Origin: Azolla caroliniana
Lineage: Eukaryota > Plantae > Polypodiophyta
Assembly: GCA_043228905.1 (NCBI GenBank)
Contig: JBHGNT010000004.1
Coordinates: forward strand, 18,228,001-18,292,000
DNA length: 64,000 bases
Direction of reading: 5' to 3'
Shown here: positions 1-13,593 of the stretch, piece by piece
Layout: the number at the start of each line of letters is the position of its first letter
Numbering within the stretch: position 1 is the stretch's first letter
Position numbers and translations under genes: made by a program
The notes under the pieces: model-generated
Databases searched by the model: none
The model's input: only the letters and a program-made list of their open reading frames with translations
What the model was told of the DNA's origin: nothing

Positions 1-2002
1 CTGCAGCTTTTGCCAGTCACAGATAGACTGCAACTTCCTTTTCATGGCAAACTTTGCAATGCAATGCTCATACATTTATAAGAACATGCATATTTTGTTG
101 AAAAGTAAAATTTGACGGACAAAAAACACCAAGATTGTTTCCTTCGTTAGTTGCGGATACTCCATGGGAACTATTCTAGCAATGGGCTTAATTTTTTATC
201 TTTTTAGATCACAGGCCGAGAATGATGGGATATGGACTATCATAAGGAGACTCAGTAACCAAGCTCATTTTTCCTCATCAGGAAGAAGATAAACCCAGAG
301 CGCATGTCAATGTATTTATGCACAATATCTTTATGTACCACTGGATGTCCTTTTCTATAACAGTTACCAAGACCCAAGGATGAGAATATGGGTACTTCCT
401 CAAAGTTTAGTCAGTTGGAAGAAGGCAATTCTACTATTTTAGATTTTCTGGAATGCTATGTTGGTTGATTCACCTCAGTTTGTACAACTTCACTTGTAGG
501 CATTCCAATTAAAATCCACCCGGACTGAAGTAAAAGCTCTATCAAGCTAACTACTTGAACATATTTTGATGCTCAAGGGAAGGGTAATCTTTAAATTTTT
601 TTCAATACAGAATCAATGCTATAGAGGCTGATATTGCTCAACTTTTGTTCGGAATGCTCCGTAAGCTTTTTTAACCTGACAGCAAAAATACATGTGGGTT
701 GGCCCACATTATTTCCCAGCAAAAATACTCCATCGTAGGTAATGTATTCGGATTTAAGGCCTAGTAATGTGAGCTACTCATTAATTGGGCGACACTGTCT
801 GTTAGCATGTAATGTCGGCATGCTATCAAGGTCACTTGCATTGTTTCAAGAGGGAAGGGTACATCACAGGGAGGTGTTAATTTATTTGCTTTCATTACAT
901 TATTTAATATTGTTTTATTTTTACTTGCTTCTTTGAAAGCTTGAAATAGGCCAAGATGACATTGCACAGCCGGTGTAAAATGGTAGAAGACCAAAGGTCC
1001 ATGGACCAGGGGAGCTAAAACCAGCAGGCAATGGGATCAGCATGGGGTTGGTCCTGTTAGCATTGGATTCTGATGCGTATGAGATGTTTGCTTTCAATTG
1101 TAAAGTTGTGAGGTCATTTTTGTTTCTGAAGAGGTGGCAGCATGAGAAAAACTTGCCGTATCCAAAGAAACCTCTCTTCTAATAGAAACTGGTTATTCAG
1201 TTCTGGAGAAAGAACGGAGTCAGGTTAGAGGACAGAAAGCTACAAGAGTCATAGCTGATTTATTCTATTTTCTAGTGTGCTCAGCAGAGAATACTCTGGA
1301 AGTTCTGTATATGGATTTCAGTGCTGAAATAGGCTTGAACTGCTAGCTGGTTTCTAGGGTTTGTGTTCTATCTTATATCTTTAATTAGGTGTCAATCAAA
1401 GAAATTCCTAAAGGGGCACCAATCTTGGTGTGGAGCATTATGACAAATTCTGTGTTCAGGAGCAATCTAGCATCTTGGAAGTGAAATTAAATCATTGTGA
1501 GTGAAAATTCTTAAGTAGATTTTTGTTCATTTATGTAATACGTGTCCTGTAGTGGAATTAAGCAAAATTGGTGGTTCAGTTGGAGTTGGGATTTTGATGC
1601 CCTTTAAAAGTTCCTTGGGCTGGTTTCAGTAAAAGTTTAGAAAGTATAAAACTATGAACTTCTCTGTTTCGTTTTCGAGTCACAAATTTTTATAGAAGAT
1701 TGGAATGTATCATTACTAACCATATGATATGAGCATAACTAAACATCAGAATTAATTTATAGAATTTCGTTACAAATATAACCTTGGAGAATATCGTTGT
1801 TGACTGTAATACAACAGAGAATTAGAAAAACAAAAGTAATTTGTTGTACTTCCAAAAGATTATACACCAAAGAGTAGGAATTTGTCAAAAATAATGTATG
1901 GTATTTCATTATGAAATATAGCCCGATATATAACACATTATTAATCAACTTGCATAACATGCTTGGACTCTTCAAGAGATTTTTGATATGCTTCCTTTCC
2001 AG

Positions 2003-3544
2003 CCTCTTGATGGATTACCAGCTACGTCAACACCTCGAGCAGGGGGAAACACTGTTGGAATGACTGCAACAACTGTTAATGGAATTGCATCATCTTCTTC
2101 TTCAGCACTGGTACTCTCTTCAACAAGCAGAACTAAGGCTCCATGCTTCTTCTATTCTCAAGGGTTTTGTGGAAAAGGGATGAAATGTTTGTTTCTGCAT
2201 GGATCACCATCGCAGTTTAGGAAAGAAGCTACAACATATCGAAAACCTCAAATAAGTGAGCAACATGAAACAAATGGAACTTCTGGTGTGAAGCCTAAGT
2301 CTCAAGATGTGAAAACACATAAGTCGCCTATTACAGTTTTACATGAAGCTTATCCTATTTCGAGCAACACCTACAGACGTCCCATTGTAGCTACTACAAA
2401 TTCTATAACTTCCAGTAAACAACCACATCCAATTGTAGTAGGAAATGAAATTCCAGCAACAAGTAGCTCAAATCAGATTCACAGTGTGGTAGAGGCATCA
2501 AATCATTCTGCTGAAAATAGAAATGCTCTACCTGATGTTCATGATGAAAGATTGCAGAATACTCTACCTAGTAACAAAGGCATTGGAAGAGGTCAATTAA
2601 CACGGGGGCTTGATCTATCTAGAGTACAAATCCTAGATAGATCCAGTAATAATCTTGGAAGAACTAGTGAAATGCAAGAAAATGTGGAAGAATTAGGCAC
2701 ACAAGGCGTGCGTGAGCTCCGTGCTGGGGATCTTCGTAATCGCTTGGCGAAACGTAGGAGGAATGGTAATACTTCATCAACCCCATCTAACATGCTCGAT
2801 TTGACAGATCATTCAGCTGATGGATTGGAAAGTGCACGTCTTTTATCTAGAGTGGAGTCAAAAGACACTGGCTTAGCTATCAGTAAGAGAGTTAAACATG
2901 ATAAAGATGAACCATTCACTGGACCAAAAACTCTGGCTCAGATCAAAGCTGAAAAGACAAAATCCAGAATTTGTGTCTCGCCTAAAAATGTGAATACGGT
3001 TGATTATAATAAAGTTCAGGAACACTGTGATTCAAATTGTTCTATTGTATCAGATTGTGTGATAGAGAAGATATTGCCACCAGATTCTGAAATTCATCAT
3101 AGAGAGCAGTGTCAAAGTCTTGCAGATGCGTCCACAAATGAATGTCTAACAACAGTCATCTCAGCTACTGAACAGGGGAAAACTTCAGGTATGCATTCAA
3201 AGGAAAATCAACCTTTTAGAGCTGAGCGTCTGTCTACCAAAGATTCAAAAGGAGAGAGTGATTCACTTGATCAGGGTTTTGGTCTCCACTCATCTAGCCA
3301 TTCCAGCAACCAAACAAGTCATGTGCAACATAGTGATGAGAAAAGACGATCAATGAGAGTGCCTGAGGAAATGAAAGACCATGACATTGCTGTAAATGGT
3401 ATAGCAACTTGTGGTAAGCCTATGGAATCAGAGTATACTTCGATTGACGAAGTGATGAGGGATGGTGCTGAATTTGTGGATACAGAATATGTTTCTGATG
3501 GTGAGGATGATTTTGCAAAAAAACTTGGTGGTTTTCTTTCTTGA
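2003..3544 (+). CDS. Terminal exon of a CCCH zinc-finger protein (AT2G02160/ZC3H11-like plant family); upstream exon(s) not found in the window
   Basis: C-x7-C-x5-C-x3-H finger (CFFYSQGFCGKGMKCLFLH). Family-like motifs PLDGL, DLRNRL, FTGPKTLAQI and C-terminal DDFAKKLG. Pyrimidine tract plus AG acceptor at 1991-2002 (cttcctttccag|CCT). Confidence 0.85.
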   Translation, partial: PLDGLPATSTPRAGGNTVGMTATTVNGIASSSSSALVLSSTSRTKAPCFFYSQGFCGKGMKCLFLHGSPSQFRKEATTYRKPQISEQHETNGTSGVKPKSQDVKTHKSPITVLHEAYPISSNTYRRPIVATTNSITSSKQPHPIVVGNEIPATSSSNQIHSVVEASNHSAENRNALPDVHDERLQNTLPSNKGIGRGQLTRGLDLSRVQILDRSSNNLGRTSEMQENVEELGTQGVRELRAGDLRNRLAKRRRNGNTSSTPSNMLDLTDHSADGLESARLLSRVESKDTGLAISKRVKHDKDEPFTGPKTLAQIKAEKTKSRICVSPKNVNTVDYNKVQEHCDSNCSIVSDCVIEKILPPDSEIHHREQCQSLADASTNECLTTVISATEQGKTSGMHSKENQPFRAERLSTKDSKGESDSLDQGFGLHSSSHSSNQTSHVQHSDEKRRSMRVPEEMKDHDIAVNGIATCGKPMESEYTSIDEVMRDGAEFVDTEYVSDGEDDFAKKLGGFLS

Positions 3545-4644
3545 TCTGGTGAGTGATACTTCATTTTATCAATGCTATCCTTGTATGCTCAATTAGATCA
3601 ATCACTAAACGTTGCTGTGAATTTGAAGGTTTGATGACTTTGAGACTAGTCTACAAATCTTAAAAGGATATTGCTATTGGAGTCTCCAACAGTTTAATAC
3701 CCAACTATTTGAGATTCTGAGTTGCTACTATTCCTAATTTATACTGATTCCCTATTCACCATTGCTTGATGGGAGGTGTGGAATTATAAAAGAACAGTAC
3801 ATTAGAAACTTTCTTTCAGATGTAACCTGTAAGCTTTGCTTGATTGATGTGATGAAGTCAATTTAATGTGCATTATCTCTGGCCAAATATTAATTGGGGC
3901 TATTGTGATCATGTGAGCAATTCGTGATTTGTTTGTCATTTTTTTCACTTGTCCTGAAGTTTTCCCATTTGGAATTGCTTAATATGTTCCTGTGCTGAGT
4001 TGTATAAAGCAGTGGAACAGAGTTTTTTCACTGCTGATCACATTTCTTCTTGTTTTACATGCTAAAATAGGTTTGTCAAATTTCAATTCAGCACTCTAGT
4101 TTCGAAACGTTTTTCTTTGAGGATAATACTCGTATGTTCGGGAAGTTTAAAGATCTTGTTTGAACCCTTCAGCTAAGCTTCACATTGCTGACTTGAGCAC
4201 TTTCCACCCTAATGACATACCTTCCGTATTGTGGGCTTGTGAGTGAATGACATCAGTGCATGGGTACATAATCCAACTAAAGCCAGTTTAAGCTGTAGGA
4301 TCAGTTTGAGATTTAGGGGGTCAAGGCCACAAAATTGACAAAAGAGAGAATCATGTATTGCTTGATCACTCTTAGATGTTTACAAATTTTTAGTTTTCTC
4401 ATGCCAAGCTATCATTGGTAAAGTGTCAAGATGACATACTTAAGCTTTGGAAAGCAAGACATTGTAGAAATGTTTCATTTATATTTGATTGATATGTGAT
4501 TTTTTTCTCAGTTTAATTAATTGATAGATGAATGTTCTTTCCCTCTAACAAGATCTATTAATTATTTAGCATGTGCAGAGGAATTGATTACTTGCTTAAT
4601 ATCTCCTTTTATTTGCAATGTGCCATTATGAACACCTCCTAAAA

Positions 4645-5102
4645 ATGATCTGAAATTTGGCTTTCCATGCTCATATACTTCAATCAATACTGTATTATTA
4701 ATTTATTTTCATAGTTTTATGGTGCATGTTTCTTGGAAGAAGTTATTGCCCCCTATGAATAAAGGTTCTAACTAGTAGTATTTATGTCTCTTAGCAAGCT
4801 GTCAATTTACATACTCTGGTCACTATCTTTTAATGTACATGTGTTTCCTAGACTATCATTTTCTTGCATTATGATCTGAAATTTTGGTTTCCATGATCAT
4901 ATACTTTGATCAAGACTGTATTCTTAATTTATTTTCATAGCTATTACCATCATGTTTCTTAGATGATGTTATTGCTCCATTACGAATAAACATTCTAACT
5001 AATAGTATACTTTTTTTCTCTTAGCAACTAATCAATTTAAATACACTTGTCACTATCTTTTAGCGTATGTGTGTTTCCTACACTATCATTTGCTTGCATT
5101 AT
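4645..5102. repeat. Diverged tandem duplication, two copies of ~226-230 bp
   Basis: atgatctgaaattt...cttgcatt occurs at 4645-4870 and again at 4871-~5100, collinear throughout. Confidence 0.85.
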
Positions 5103-6419
5103 GTAGCTAAGCGGTGAGAGAAAAATAATTCTGATTATGCCATTAGTCTCAAAACCATTGATTGTACCCATAGTACGTAATATACTCGAATGCATTGGCA
5201 AAAATTCTTTTTCATGTGAATGCAAACGAATGTGTATGTTATCAAAACATTGTTATGGTTTTTTTCACACTTTTTACCTTAACTATCTTACCTTAAAAAA
5301 ATTACCTTATAATAAATAATGAATACAAAAGTATGGTAATGATCATACTTTATATCATCCTCGAATGATTGAAACATTCTTGAATGCGAATGCATGTATG
5401 GTACATATGGTTCATACTATAATTTGTACCAATGGCAATACACAGGTCATTCTTGTGTTATGGTTGGAGGTGAACTAATGATTGCAAATTCATATGTTTC
5501 ACATAATGGTCCACATGCTCTTGGTCATAAGCAAAAGTTATATCTTTAAGTAATTTGTGTTCATAAGAACTTGAGACACTATGCTAATTTGGTCTAACAC
5601 TATGTTAATCCCACGTGTCTAACATAAATATCAATTAGTGAGATGAGTACCACCAATATTTAAACTTCATATGTGACATATGCTAACACTTTGGTATGGT
5701 GTACGATAGACAAGCAATGATGTTGTCTATAGTGAATACATTGTCATACTAATTTCCAAAATATATACAGGTAAAAGGGGTTCTTTAGTTATTTCACATT
5801 TTTGAACTTAATGAAATAGTTTTCTATGGGGGCTCTTTTGTAGTGTGCGGTTTCGTAAAAGGTTGGTATGTACTATGTAGCACAATATTATTTATATACT
5901 CTGATTCCCCATGCCAAAAAGCCATCAAAGTTTTGAAAATGACCAATAAAAACAATTATCATTAGTTTCTAACAAATCAATGAAATTGAATCCATGTAAG
6001 TGATAATTATAATGTTGGTACTTCTTCCAATGATTAATTATACTGGTGCTAAAACATGCTAACCTCAAACACGCATTAATGGGGATTACACTATGCTAAT
6101 TTGATTATTGACGAGTTTTGGCAAGAAGTAATTATGGTTTAGTTCTGCATGTAATTTCCCAAACTTTGTTGGTGAAAACAAGAAACCATAATAAACTCAA
6201 AATTTGAATGGCTTTTTGGTAAATTCCCATTGTTATAGCCCATAACTTTCTCTAAAATTGAAGTACTTAGGCACACGACAGACACTCCTTACCCTAAGAA
6301 AGACCCTTGTACTTCTTTTTATTATGAAAAGGTTGAATAAATTAAGTAATTGTAAATTCCAACATGTACAAATTATGCTTAGAGTGTGGCCTTTTAACTT
6401 ATTTCCCTTTACTGGGTTT

Positions 6420-8061
6420 GCTATACTCTAAATCGAGGATTTCATAGATCCTTGGGGCTATAAACTCCTTATGAGCTATGGCATGGTCACAAACCTAACC
6501 TTACGAATCTTTGAATTTTTGGTTGTGGTGTTTATGCTTTTGTGCCAAATGTTCAAAGAAAAAAGCTAGACCCAAGAGCTACCAAATCAATTTTCATTGG
6601 ATATGGAGAAGCTTCGGGCTACAAGGCGTACAAGATCTACAATCCACAAAAACAAAGAATATTCTTTAGTCGCAATGTTATATTTCAAGAAAGTGGGCTT
6701 TCTACAAAGGTTTCTTCTTCACTTCTCTCTAATCTACCTCCTTTATTACCTACCCCCACATCCAACCATCTTCCTCAACCATCTCCTCAACTTCAACTAT
6801 TTGTGTGGCGCTTCCACCTCAACACAAATCAAAGGTCAATACTCAACAAACTAATTTTCTTCTTGTCCTTCATCTCTCCAATCTCCAAATATTTCTCTTT
6901 TTCCCATTTCCTCAAGAAATACTCATTGCTTAACTCTCGCTAACAACACAAGCAAATGTTATCTTCTCCACTCCCTCTTCAAATTGTTCATTTGAAGCGT
7001 CATCATCAACTTCTCCACCAACAAAGTACCGATCTTTAGTTAGTATCTATGAACAACTTGATCAAATGGAAGCACATTTTGTGGACTTGGACCATGACGC
7101 TTATATACAACAAAAAGATATTCCAATCCTTAGAGATGACACAAACATATCACTTTCAGCAGCAGATTCTATCAAATGGAAAAAGGATAGTGAGGAAGAG
7201 ATCATCATATAATTGGTTGTAAATGGGTTTTAGGCATCACGTAAGATTGTAATGGCAATCCAATTTATTTTAAGGCTCGTATTATTGCTAGATGTTTTTC
7301 TCAAGTTCCAGGTATTGATTTTCAAGACACATTTAATTTAACACTAAAAATATTTGGTTTTCGATGCTTGTTACTCTTGCCGCTCAACATGATTTAGAGT
7401 TGCACCACTTGATGTACAAACTGATTTTCTTTATGTGGATTTTGATGAAGAACATTATTTACAACAACCATAACGTTTTGAAGATTCAAGTCATCTGACA
7501 TATGTTTGTTGGCTTCGTAAATCAATTTATGACCTTAAGCCATCTCCACGCAATGACCCAACAAACTTCACTCATTTCTTATAAATGTTGGATATCATCG
7601 TCTTAACAATGAGCCAAATATCTATTTTAGAAAAGCCAAATCTAAAATTGATATTTTGAGGATTTGCCATTGATCTCCAACCCTAAATCTTATCTAACTA
7701 TTGCAAAGAAGAAACTTGCATGTGTCTTTTCTATCACTAATTTAGGTCCTATGACACATTTTCGTGGCATTAAAGTAACTCAGAATGGATCAAATCATGC
7801 TATCTTGCTATCACAATCTAAATATATTACCTCTATTCTACAAAGATTTTATATGTTCCATAGTAAGCCCATTAGTACTCCTCTTACCTCTCCTTTTTTT
7901 TTTTCCTAAAAATCTCTTACCTCTCCTTTTAAACTCTCCAATGATGATTCTCCAAAAATAGAATGAGAAATTTTTGAAATGGAGGATGTACTCTATAAAG
8001 AAATTCTTGGATGTATAAGATATAGAGTCAGTTGTACACATCTAGATATTTGTTTTGTCAT
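6420..8061 (+). mobile_element. Old degenerate Ty1/copia remnant (integrase C-terminus and RT)
   Basis: RKKLDPRATKSIFIGY...FFSRNVIFQE, FKARIIA, HLDVQT, TNLGPMTHF and LLSQSKYI fragments with many stops. Cut at 8061 by a gypsy LTR. Confidence 0.85.
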
Positions 8062-11000
8062 TGTCGTGAAGGATTCCGGCAACAGAGAGAAAATCTACCG
8101 GAGGTGGAGAAGTCGGGCATGTGCCCATGTGCACATATAAAAAGGGATTTATGTACAAACATTAGGAAAAGTAAGGAAAACCAAGTGTAAATATAAGGGT
8201 AAGTAGAAAGTGAAAATAGGACAAGTAAAGCATATTATATTATGTACTTTAAATGCACACATAGGAGAGAAAGGAGGAGTAGTTAAGAGGAAGATTATGG
8301 CAGAGATTCTTGTCTGACAGGAGAGGAATTATAGGGCCTTCCCATGGTAATGATGCTCCCCTTTCCCCATGAGGACTATAAAAAGGGAGTGTGGATGTCT
8401 GTTTGAGGGTTAGCCATTTAGGGTTTTGTGGTCGATAGGTCCGCTATTCCAGAGGTTTCTCGAGCTTGTGCATGCTTAGGGCTTCTGTTGTTTCTACTTT
8501 GACCATTGTACAAGGCTTCCACTTGTAGTCGTGAGGTCGAGAGCTCCTCGACTGGAGGTTTGCTAGTGGATATTCGTTGTGGTTGTGGTGGACTGGCTTG
8601 ATGCCGTGGTTGTAATATGTTATTCATCTCTAACTAATCTTAATGGTTCTCTCTAGGGTTGTGTTCGTGTTGTGTTTGATTTCGCTTGAAGCTGGTATAG
8701 TGTCGTTTATTTTCATTCTCTCTCTTTATCGGGATACATGTGTGTGTAAGCACGTTCCCCTTTCTCCCTCAATCTGATTGCATGTGGCGTGGATACAAAG
8801 TGTTGATCAGGGCGGTGGGCGCACCTCAACGTTGGTGTAGAGTTCCATCGGTGCTGAGATTGATTCGGATGAACAAGTCGGACATGCCAGAAGTAGGATC
8901 GGACGAGCCAACCGCTAGAGGGAATCCGTCTTCCTGGACAGTATGGACCAGTCCGGCCCATAGAACAAGGAACCCAAGCTTAGCCTCTTGTCACCATCCT
9001 CCTTGGTCCGTGACCCCAATTGTCCCGCCCAAGTCGTCCAGAAGCCGCGGATATCTGCAACATCTTTGGTGAACTCGACATGAATGGGTGGTAGGCAAGG
9101 TAATGATGAGGGGAGGCGAGCTCGTAGAAGCCATGGCGGCCGCGATAGACCCCCTTATGAATGCTCATGAGAGCTTGGCTGGCCTCGACAAGGCCGTCAA
9201 ATTGATACTTGGCACACCGGGCCAATTTAATGGGGGGGGACGTCACAAACTATCTAGAGGCCTACAAGGCTACGATGCTCATGTGGGATATCTCAAAGGA
9301 AAGGTGACAGGTGGGATTCACTTGAGTTGTAATGCCAACCATCCATTCCGAGGTGCTTGACGTGCAAGTGGACTGTCGCAATTGGTTAGAGTTTGGGGAG
9401 TGACTCCTCGAAAGATACTGGCTTGACGACTCGCTACGGATGTTGAAGAAGGAGCTCATGGAGTGGGTTGAGCTCCATGGGAAAGGAAGGAACACGTCAA
9501 CACTCCTTCAAAAGTTTGAGAGGCGCTTCGTACGATTGTCGGTGCTGGATAGGACCGTGCTCAATACGAGCAAGGTCCTATTGTTCATAAAAGCGGTCGA
9601 TGCACAAGACAAAGAGAAGGTAGGTCTCCTCCTGGAGACGGATGACAGGCTCATGACCGATGATGGTAAAAAGGGTCTATAGTTGTTTTGACAAACGATG
9701 AGAATGGAATGACGAAAGGTCGTACTGATTGCTAGGGGTAGAGTGGTGGAAGTATCAATCCGGACAGAAGAATTGAGAAGACAGGTTGACACTGGTCCGA
9801 CAAACGTTGCCGGCGGACCGTCCGGAGGAGCTGCATTGGATGAGTTCACAAAGATGGTGAGGGATCTGTAGATTGTCCAAGCCTAGAGGGACAACGGGGA
9901 AACTAATCGCAGCCAGCTGCCGCCACACTTCAAGCACTGTATGTGGTGTGATAGTGGCGACCACATTTGGAAAGACTACGTCGACTTGGCGGAAGCACTA
10001 AGGAATAACGTGGTATACCTCTGGAATAGCCAGGTGCACGCTAGTGAAACATGGAGGCCCCTAGAGATGAACATCAACCGAGGAGGAATGAAAAGGATGA
10101 TGGAAGAAGCGGATGCATGGCACATCGAGACCATCCACTACTCAGTATCATCCAACATATGAGTTGGCGGTGATAAAAATGTAGGGGCAGGGAATGATGC
10201 CGGGTTCTGGATGGTCATACTCGAAAGATTCTTCGGGAAGAAGCTGAGGACAGAGGAAGCCGATCATGTAGATAGGCGAATCCAGGAGGAAATTGGATGG
10301 AAAGATCCGATGGAGGAGAAGACCAGCTTCGTAGAAGCTGCGTGCCAAAACTACGAGGTTTTGGTCGATGACAGACATGTTGGGAAGGCCGGAGGGTAGG
10401 ACCCTTAGGAAGGTATGATACCTAGAACGGGCCAAAAAGAGGTGAGGGCAGTCTGGCCGATCTAGAAGGAGAAAAGGGAAAGGCAAAGCTCCTGAGCTTT
10501 TGGTTAAGCTTGTAGGTAGAACAGTGACGGACTTGCGGAAAGTCTTGGAGGAGAGAATCCTCGACAACCGCGTGGAACTCACCTTGAGGGAAATGCTAGG
10601 GATAACAAAGAAAGAATTCCACGCTATGATTATAAACCTCATGAAGAGGAAGCAACTCTTGATAGAGCAAGAGAGCATGAAACCCATTGCTATGAGCGTA
10701 GTGGCAAAAGATGATGTGGCGGTAGAAGAAGAGCACCCGGATAGTCACTACACAAGGTTGCATTGGGAAAGAGTGATGACGGAGACACTAGTCCAAATTG
10801 GAGATGTGGAGCCGGTCGTAGCATTAATTGACCATGGATCGGAGATTAATCTGATTTCGATGAACTTCTACAAGAAGGGAAAGTGGCCAATCAATACCAA
10901 GCACGGGTGGAAGATACGCGTGACGACCCACACTATGGAGGAACTACACGGAGCTTGTCCAAACGTCTGGGTAAAAGTGGGGGGATGTAGAAATCGATCA

Positions 11001-12063
11001 ACACTTCTTTGTGCAAGAAGCATTGTCTCATCAGGTGAGTTTGGGTGAACCTTACATTATGGCTGCCCAGATGGAGACAAAGGTGTTGGACAATGGTTCG
11101 GCATATGTGCGGGTAAAAAGCCAAGATGGAAGGCACTCCGTCCAAATTTTGACAGTCCAACCGAACCATGAGCACAACAGGGACTTCCTTGGGGACGAAG
11201 GCCGAGAGGATTTTTGTAGAGGGCTATAAAGGCGTGGGGCCGCGATAGTCCGTGAAGTCGACCGAAACCCCACCCTTATACCACCACCTGTATACCACCA
11301 CCTGTATACCACCACAACGGATTTGAGTGAAGACCATACAATTCCGGTTAATTCAATCGAATGGTACAGAGTGATCGTGAAATTCAGCCAGATGATTGGG
11401 GCGGATCGAACCACCGACATTTGTATGAAGCACAAGATTGTGGATCGGTAGGTAAGGCCAATAGTGACTCCCTCACTAGAGGACAGTTGGGAAAGAATGA
11501 GAGGGGTTGCGGCTGACCCTAGCCTATGAGACCTGCGCGAAATAGGGCATCGGCTCACCACAGAATCATTGCGGTAGCTCAAGATCGGTGGGGATTTCTT
11601 CCTACTACCCGCAGAAGAGGATAGGTTCTCAACAAGCTTTCATTTGGAGGAGATTGGGTGCACAGACCTAGCGATCGTGGAGCCGATGGCCATCTTCATG
11701 CTACCGCATGTACCATGGAACCTCGAACAGATTCTGGTTCTAAGAGTTCACATCCCAAAGTTGATGGAGCTGCTCAAGGAGAAGGTTGAGATAGGGATCC
11801 TTGAACTGTCGAGTACCCCGTATTTGAACTGAAGAAAAACGGCACATTCCGTTTTATATAGGATTTGCAATCTATCAACAAAGTGACGATTAGAAATGTA
11901 GGAGTCGGGCCGACATCGACGAGTTTGTAGAAGCCTTCATTGGAAGGTTGATCTACTCGGTTGACGACTTATACTCGGGATAGGACCAGTTTCAGCTAGC
12001 CATCTAAAATAGGGATATCACGATGATGCGGACCCCGATCGGCTTAGTTCGGATGTGTATCCT
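8062..12063 (+). mobile_element. Gypsy-1: truncated Ty3/gypsy element of the tRNA-Trp-primed family (5' LTR 8062-9062, gag, protease, start of RT)
   Basis: LTR TGTCGTG...GCAACA. PBS tggtgaactcgacatga at 9067. Gag similar to elements E and G. Protease LIDHGSEINLIS. RT fragments DLQSINKV and DLYSG. Many stops and frameshifts. Confidence 0.85.
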
Positions 12064-12176
12064 TGATGGAGATTGTTAAGTAATTAGGTAATTAACTAGT
12101 GTTAATTAGAGACTAATTATATGGTTATGTTAAGCAGCGGAAGATTAGTATGATATGCGCGTGAGAGTGTGTGAGA

Positions 12177-12180
<4 letters not shown>

Positions 12181-12231
<51 letters not shown>
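12181..12231. repeat. (GA)n microsatellite expanded in one LTR of Copia-A
   Basis: About 25 units here versus about 8 at the homologous position 24062-24078. Confidence 0.9.
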
Positions 12232-12234
<3 letters not shown>

Positions 12235-12436
12235 GTTAAACTTGAACACAAAGATAAATGGGGGATGATTGACTATATTGAAAAGTGTCATCAACATACA
12301 AAAATACCCACAATGAGGTATATATACAACCCATGTGCAAAGGTGCACATGTGTGGGTAGAACATAGGTACTTATGTGTAAGTCCTACATTAAATGTACT
12401 AAGGAGTGGAGGATCTAGAATATCTCACTTAAGTAC

Positions 12437-13158
12437 TGTTGGGAGACAGGTCCCTCCGGATGGGAAGGGAGAAGAACGGTATGAGGAGTACACGGCTACG
12501 GAGAGCCGGATGATACAGGCCCGGTGTGGACCGAATGAGTAGTACCCGGCTACGGAGAGCCGGATGATACAGGCCCGGTGTGAACCGGATGAGGAGTACC
12601 CGGCTACGGAGAGCCGGATGGTGCAGGCCCGGTGTGAACCGGATGAGGAGTACCCGGCTACGGAGAGCCGGATGGTGCAGAACCGGAGGAAGAGACATAT
12701 TCGTAAATATGTTTTTGAGAGCCCATCGAGGCTATATTTGTAAATAGCCGAAAAGTCATATTAGTATAAATATGACTTAGGGCAAACTTTTAGTTGTTGT
12801 TGTCATTTTCTGTTTTGCACGAAATTAGAGTGCGTAACTGTACAGAGAGAGAGAGAGAGAGAGAGAGATCGAGGTCGTTGCCTCTGTTCTAACCGCCGCC
12901 TGTGGCGAAGATCGTGAGCACGAGGTCATTGCCTCCATGGACTCACTGTCTTTTGTACATTCTTACATAGTGACAGTTTGCAGCCTGTGGACTGCCGTGG
13001 TTTTTCCCCTAGTTTGGGGTTTTCCACGTAAACCTCCTGTGTAGTGTGTGTGTATCTTCCTCTCCTTTTGTGTCGTGTTTTATTTCCCGTTTTCTGTGTA
13101 TCATTCTACGCTCGGTTGTGGCCGAGCGTCGCGCATAAGGATCGTTGGGTTCCCGTCA
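12437..13158 (+). mobile_element. Solo LTR of the Tnt1/Tork-like family (related to the LTRs of C and F), inserted in the 3' LTR of Copia-A
   Basis: TG...CA ends and TSD AGTAC on both sides. Shares blocks ggtccctccggatggga, gaggctatatttgtaaatagcc and tataaatatgacttagggcaaac with the 58032 LTR. Confidence 0.92.
12480..12680. repeat. 54-bp tandem repeat (~3.7 copies) in U3 of the solo LTR
   Basis: Unit gaggagtacccggctacggagagccggatgatacaggcccggtgtgaaccggat; visible as an 18-aa repeat in a spurious ORF. Confidence 0.9.
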
Positions 13159-13356
13159 AGTACAAGGTCCTATTTAAAGGCTTAAGGTCAACACATTAAC
13201 TAGATTCGATCTAGGTAACTACTAAGTTACATGTGTTGACTAACTAGATTAAACTAGTTGAGCTTGATATCTCAACACGCCCCCTCAATCTCAAGTGTGA
13301 GGCGTCCAACGTCCGGTTTAGCTTCCTTCGGCTTCGTCGGCATTGGTGCGGCTTGC

Positions 13357-13593
13357 GGCTTTCTTCGCGGCATTGCGCGGCTTTCTTCGTGTCTTCGCGG
13401 CTTCGTTGCGTGGCTCTCCGCGGCTTTGGTCGCGTATTCGCGGCTTCGTTGCGCGGCTCTCCGCGGCTTTGTTCACGTATTCGCGGCTTCGTTACGCGAC
13501 TCTCCGCGACTTTCTTCGCGTATTCGCGGCTTTGTTGCGCGACTCTACGCGGCTTTCTTCACGTATTCGCGGCTTAATTGCGCGGTTCTCCGC
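13357..13593. repeat. 43-bp CG-rich tandem repeat (~5 copies) in the 3' region of Copia-A
   Basis: Unit ggctttcttcgcgtattcgcggcttcgttgcgcggctctccgc, head to tail, with no spacers. Confidence 0.9.

Noticed and set aside
1-1987. Short ORFs upstream of the CCCH exon
   Set aside because: AT-rich and intron-like with no recognisable motifs; I could not find the expected upstream zinc-finger exon.
1988-2002. ATG 1988 as the true start of the CCCH gene
   Set aside because: It lies in a polypyrimidine/AG acceptor context, and homologues have further zinc fingers upstream of PLDGL.
13187-13240. Hammerhead ribozyme / retrozyme
   Set aside because: The three-stem topology is present, but neither strand has the CUGANGA and GAAA core.
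12480-13593. 54-bp and 43-bp repeats as a CRISPR array
   Set aside because: Head-to-tail units with no unique spacers, no cas genes, and located inside retroelements.
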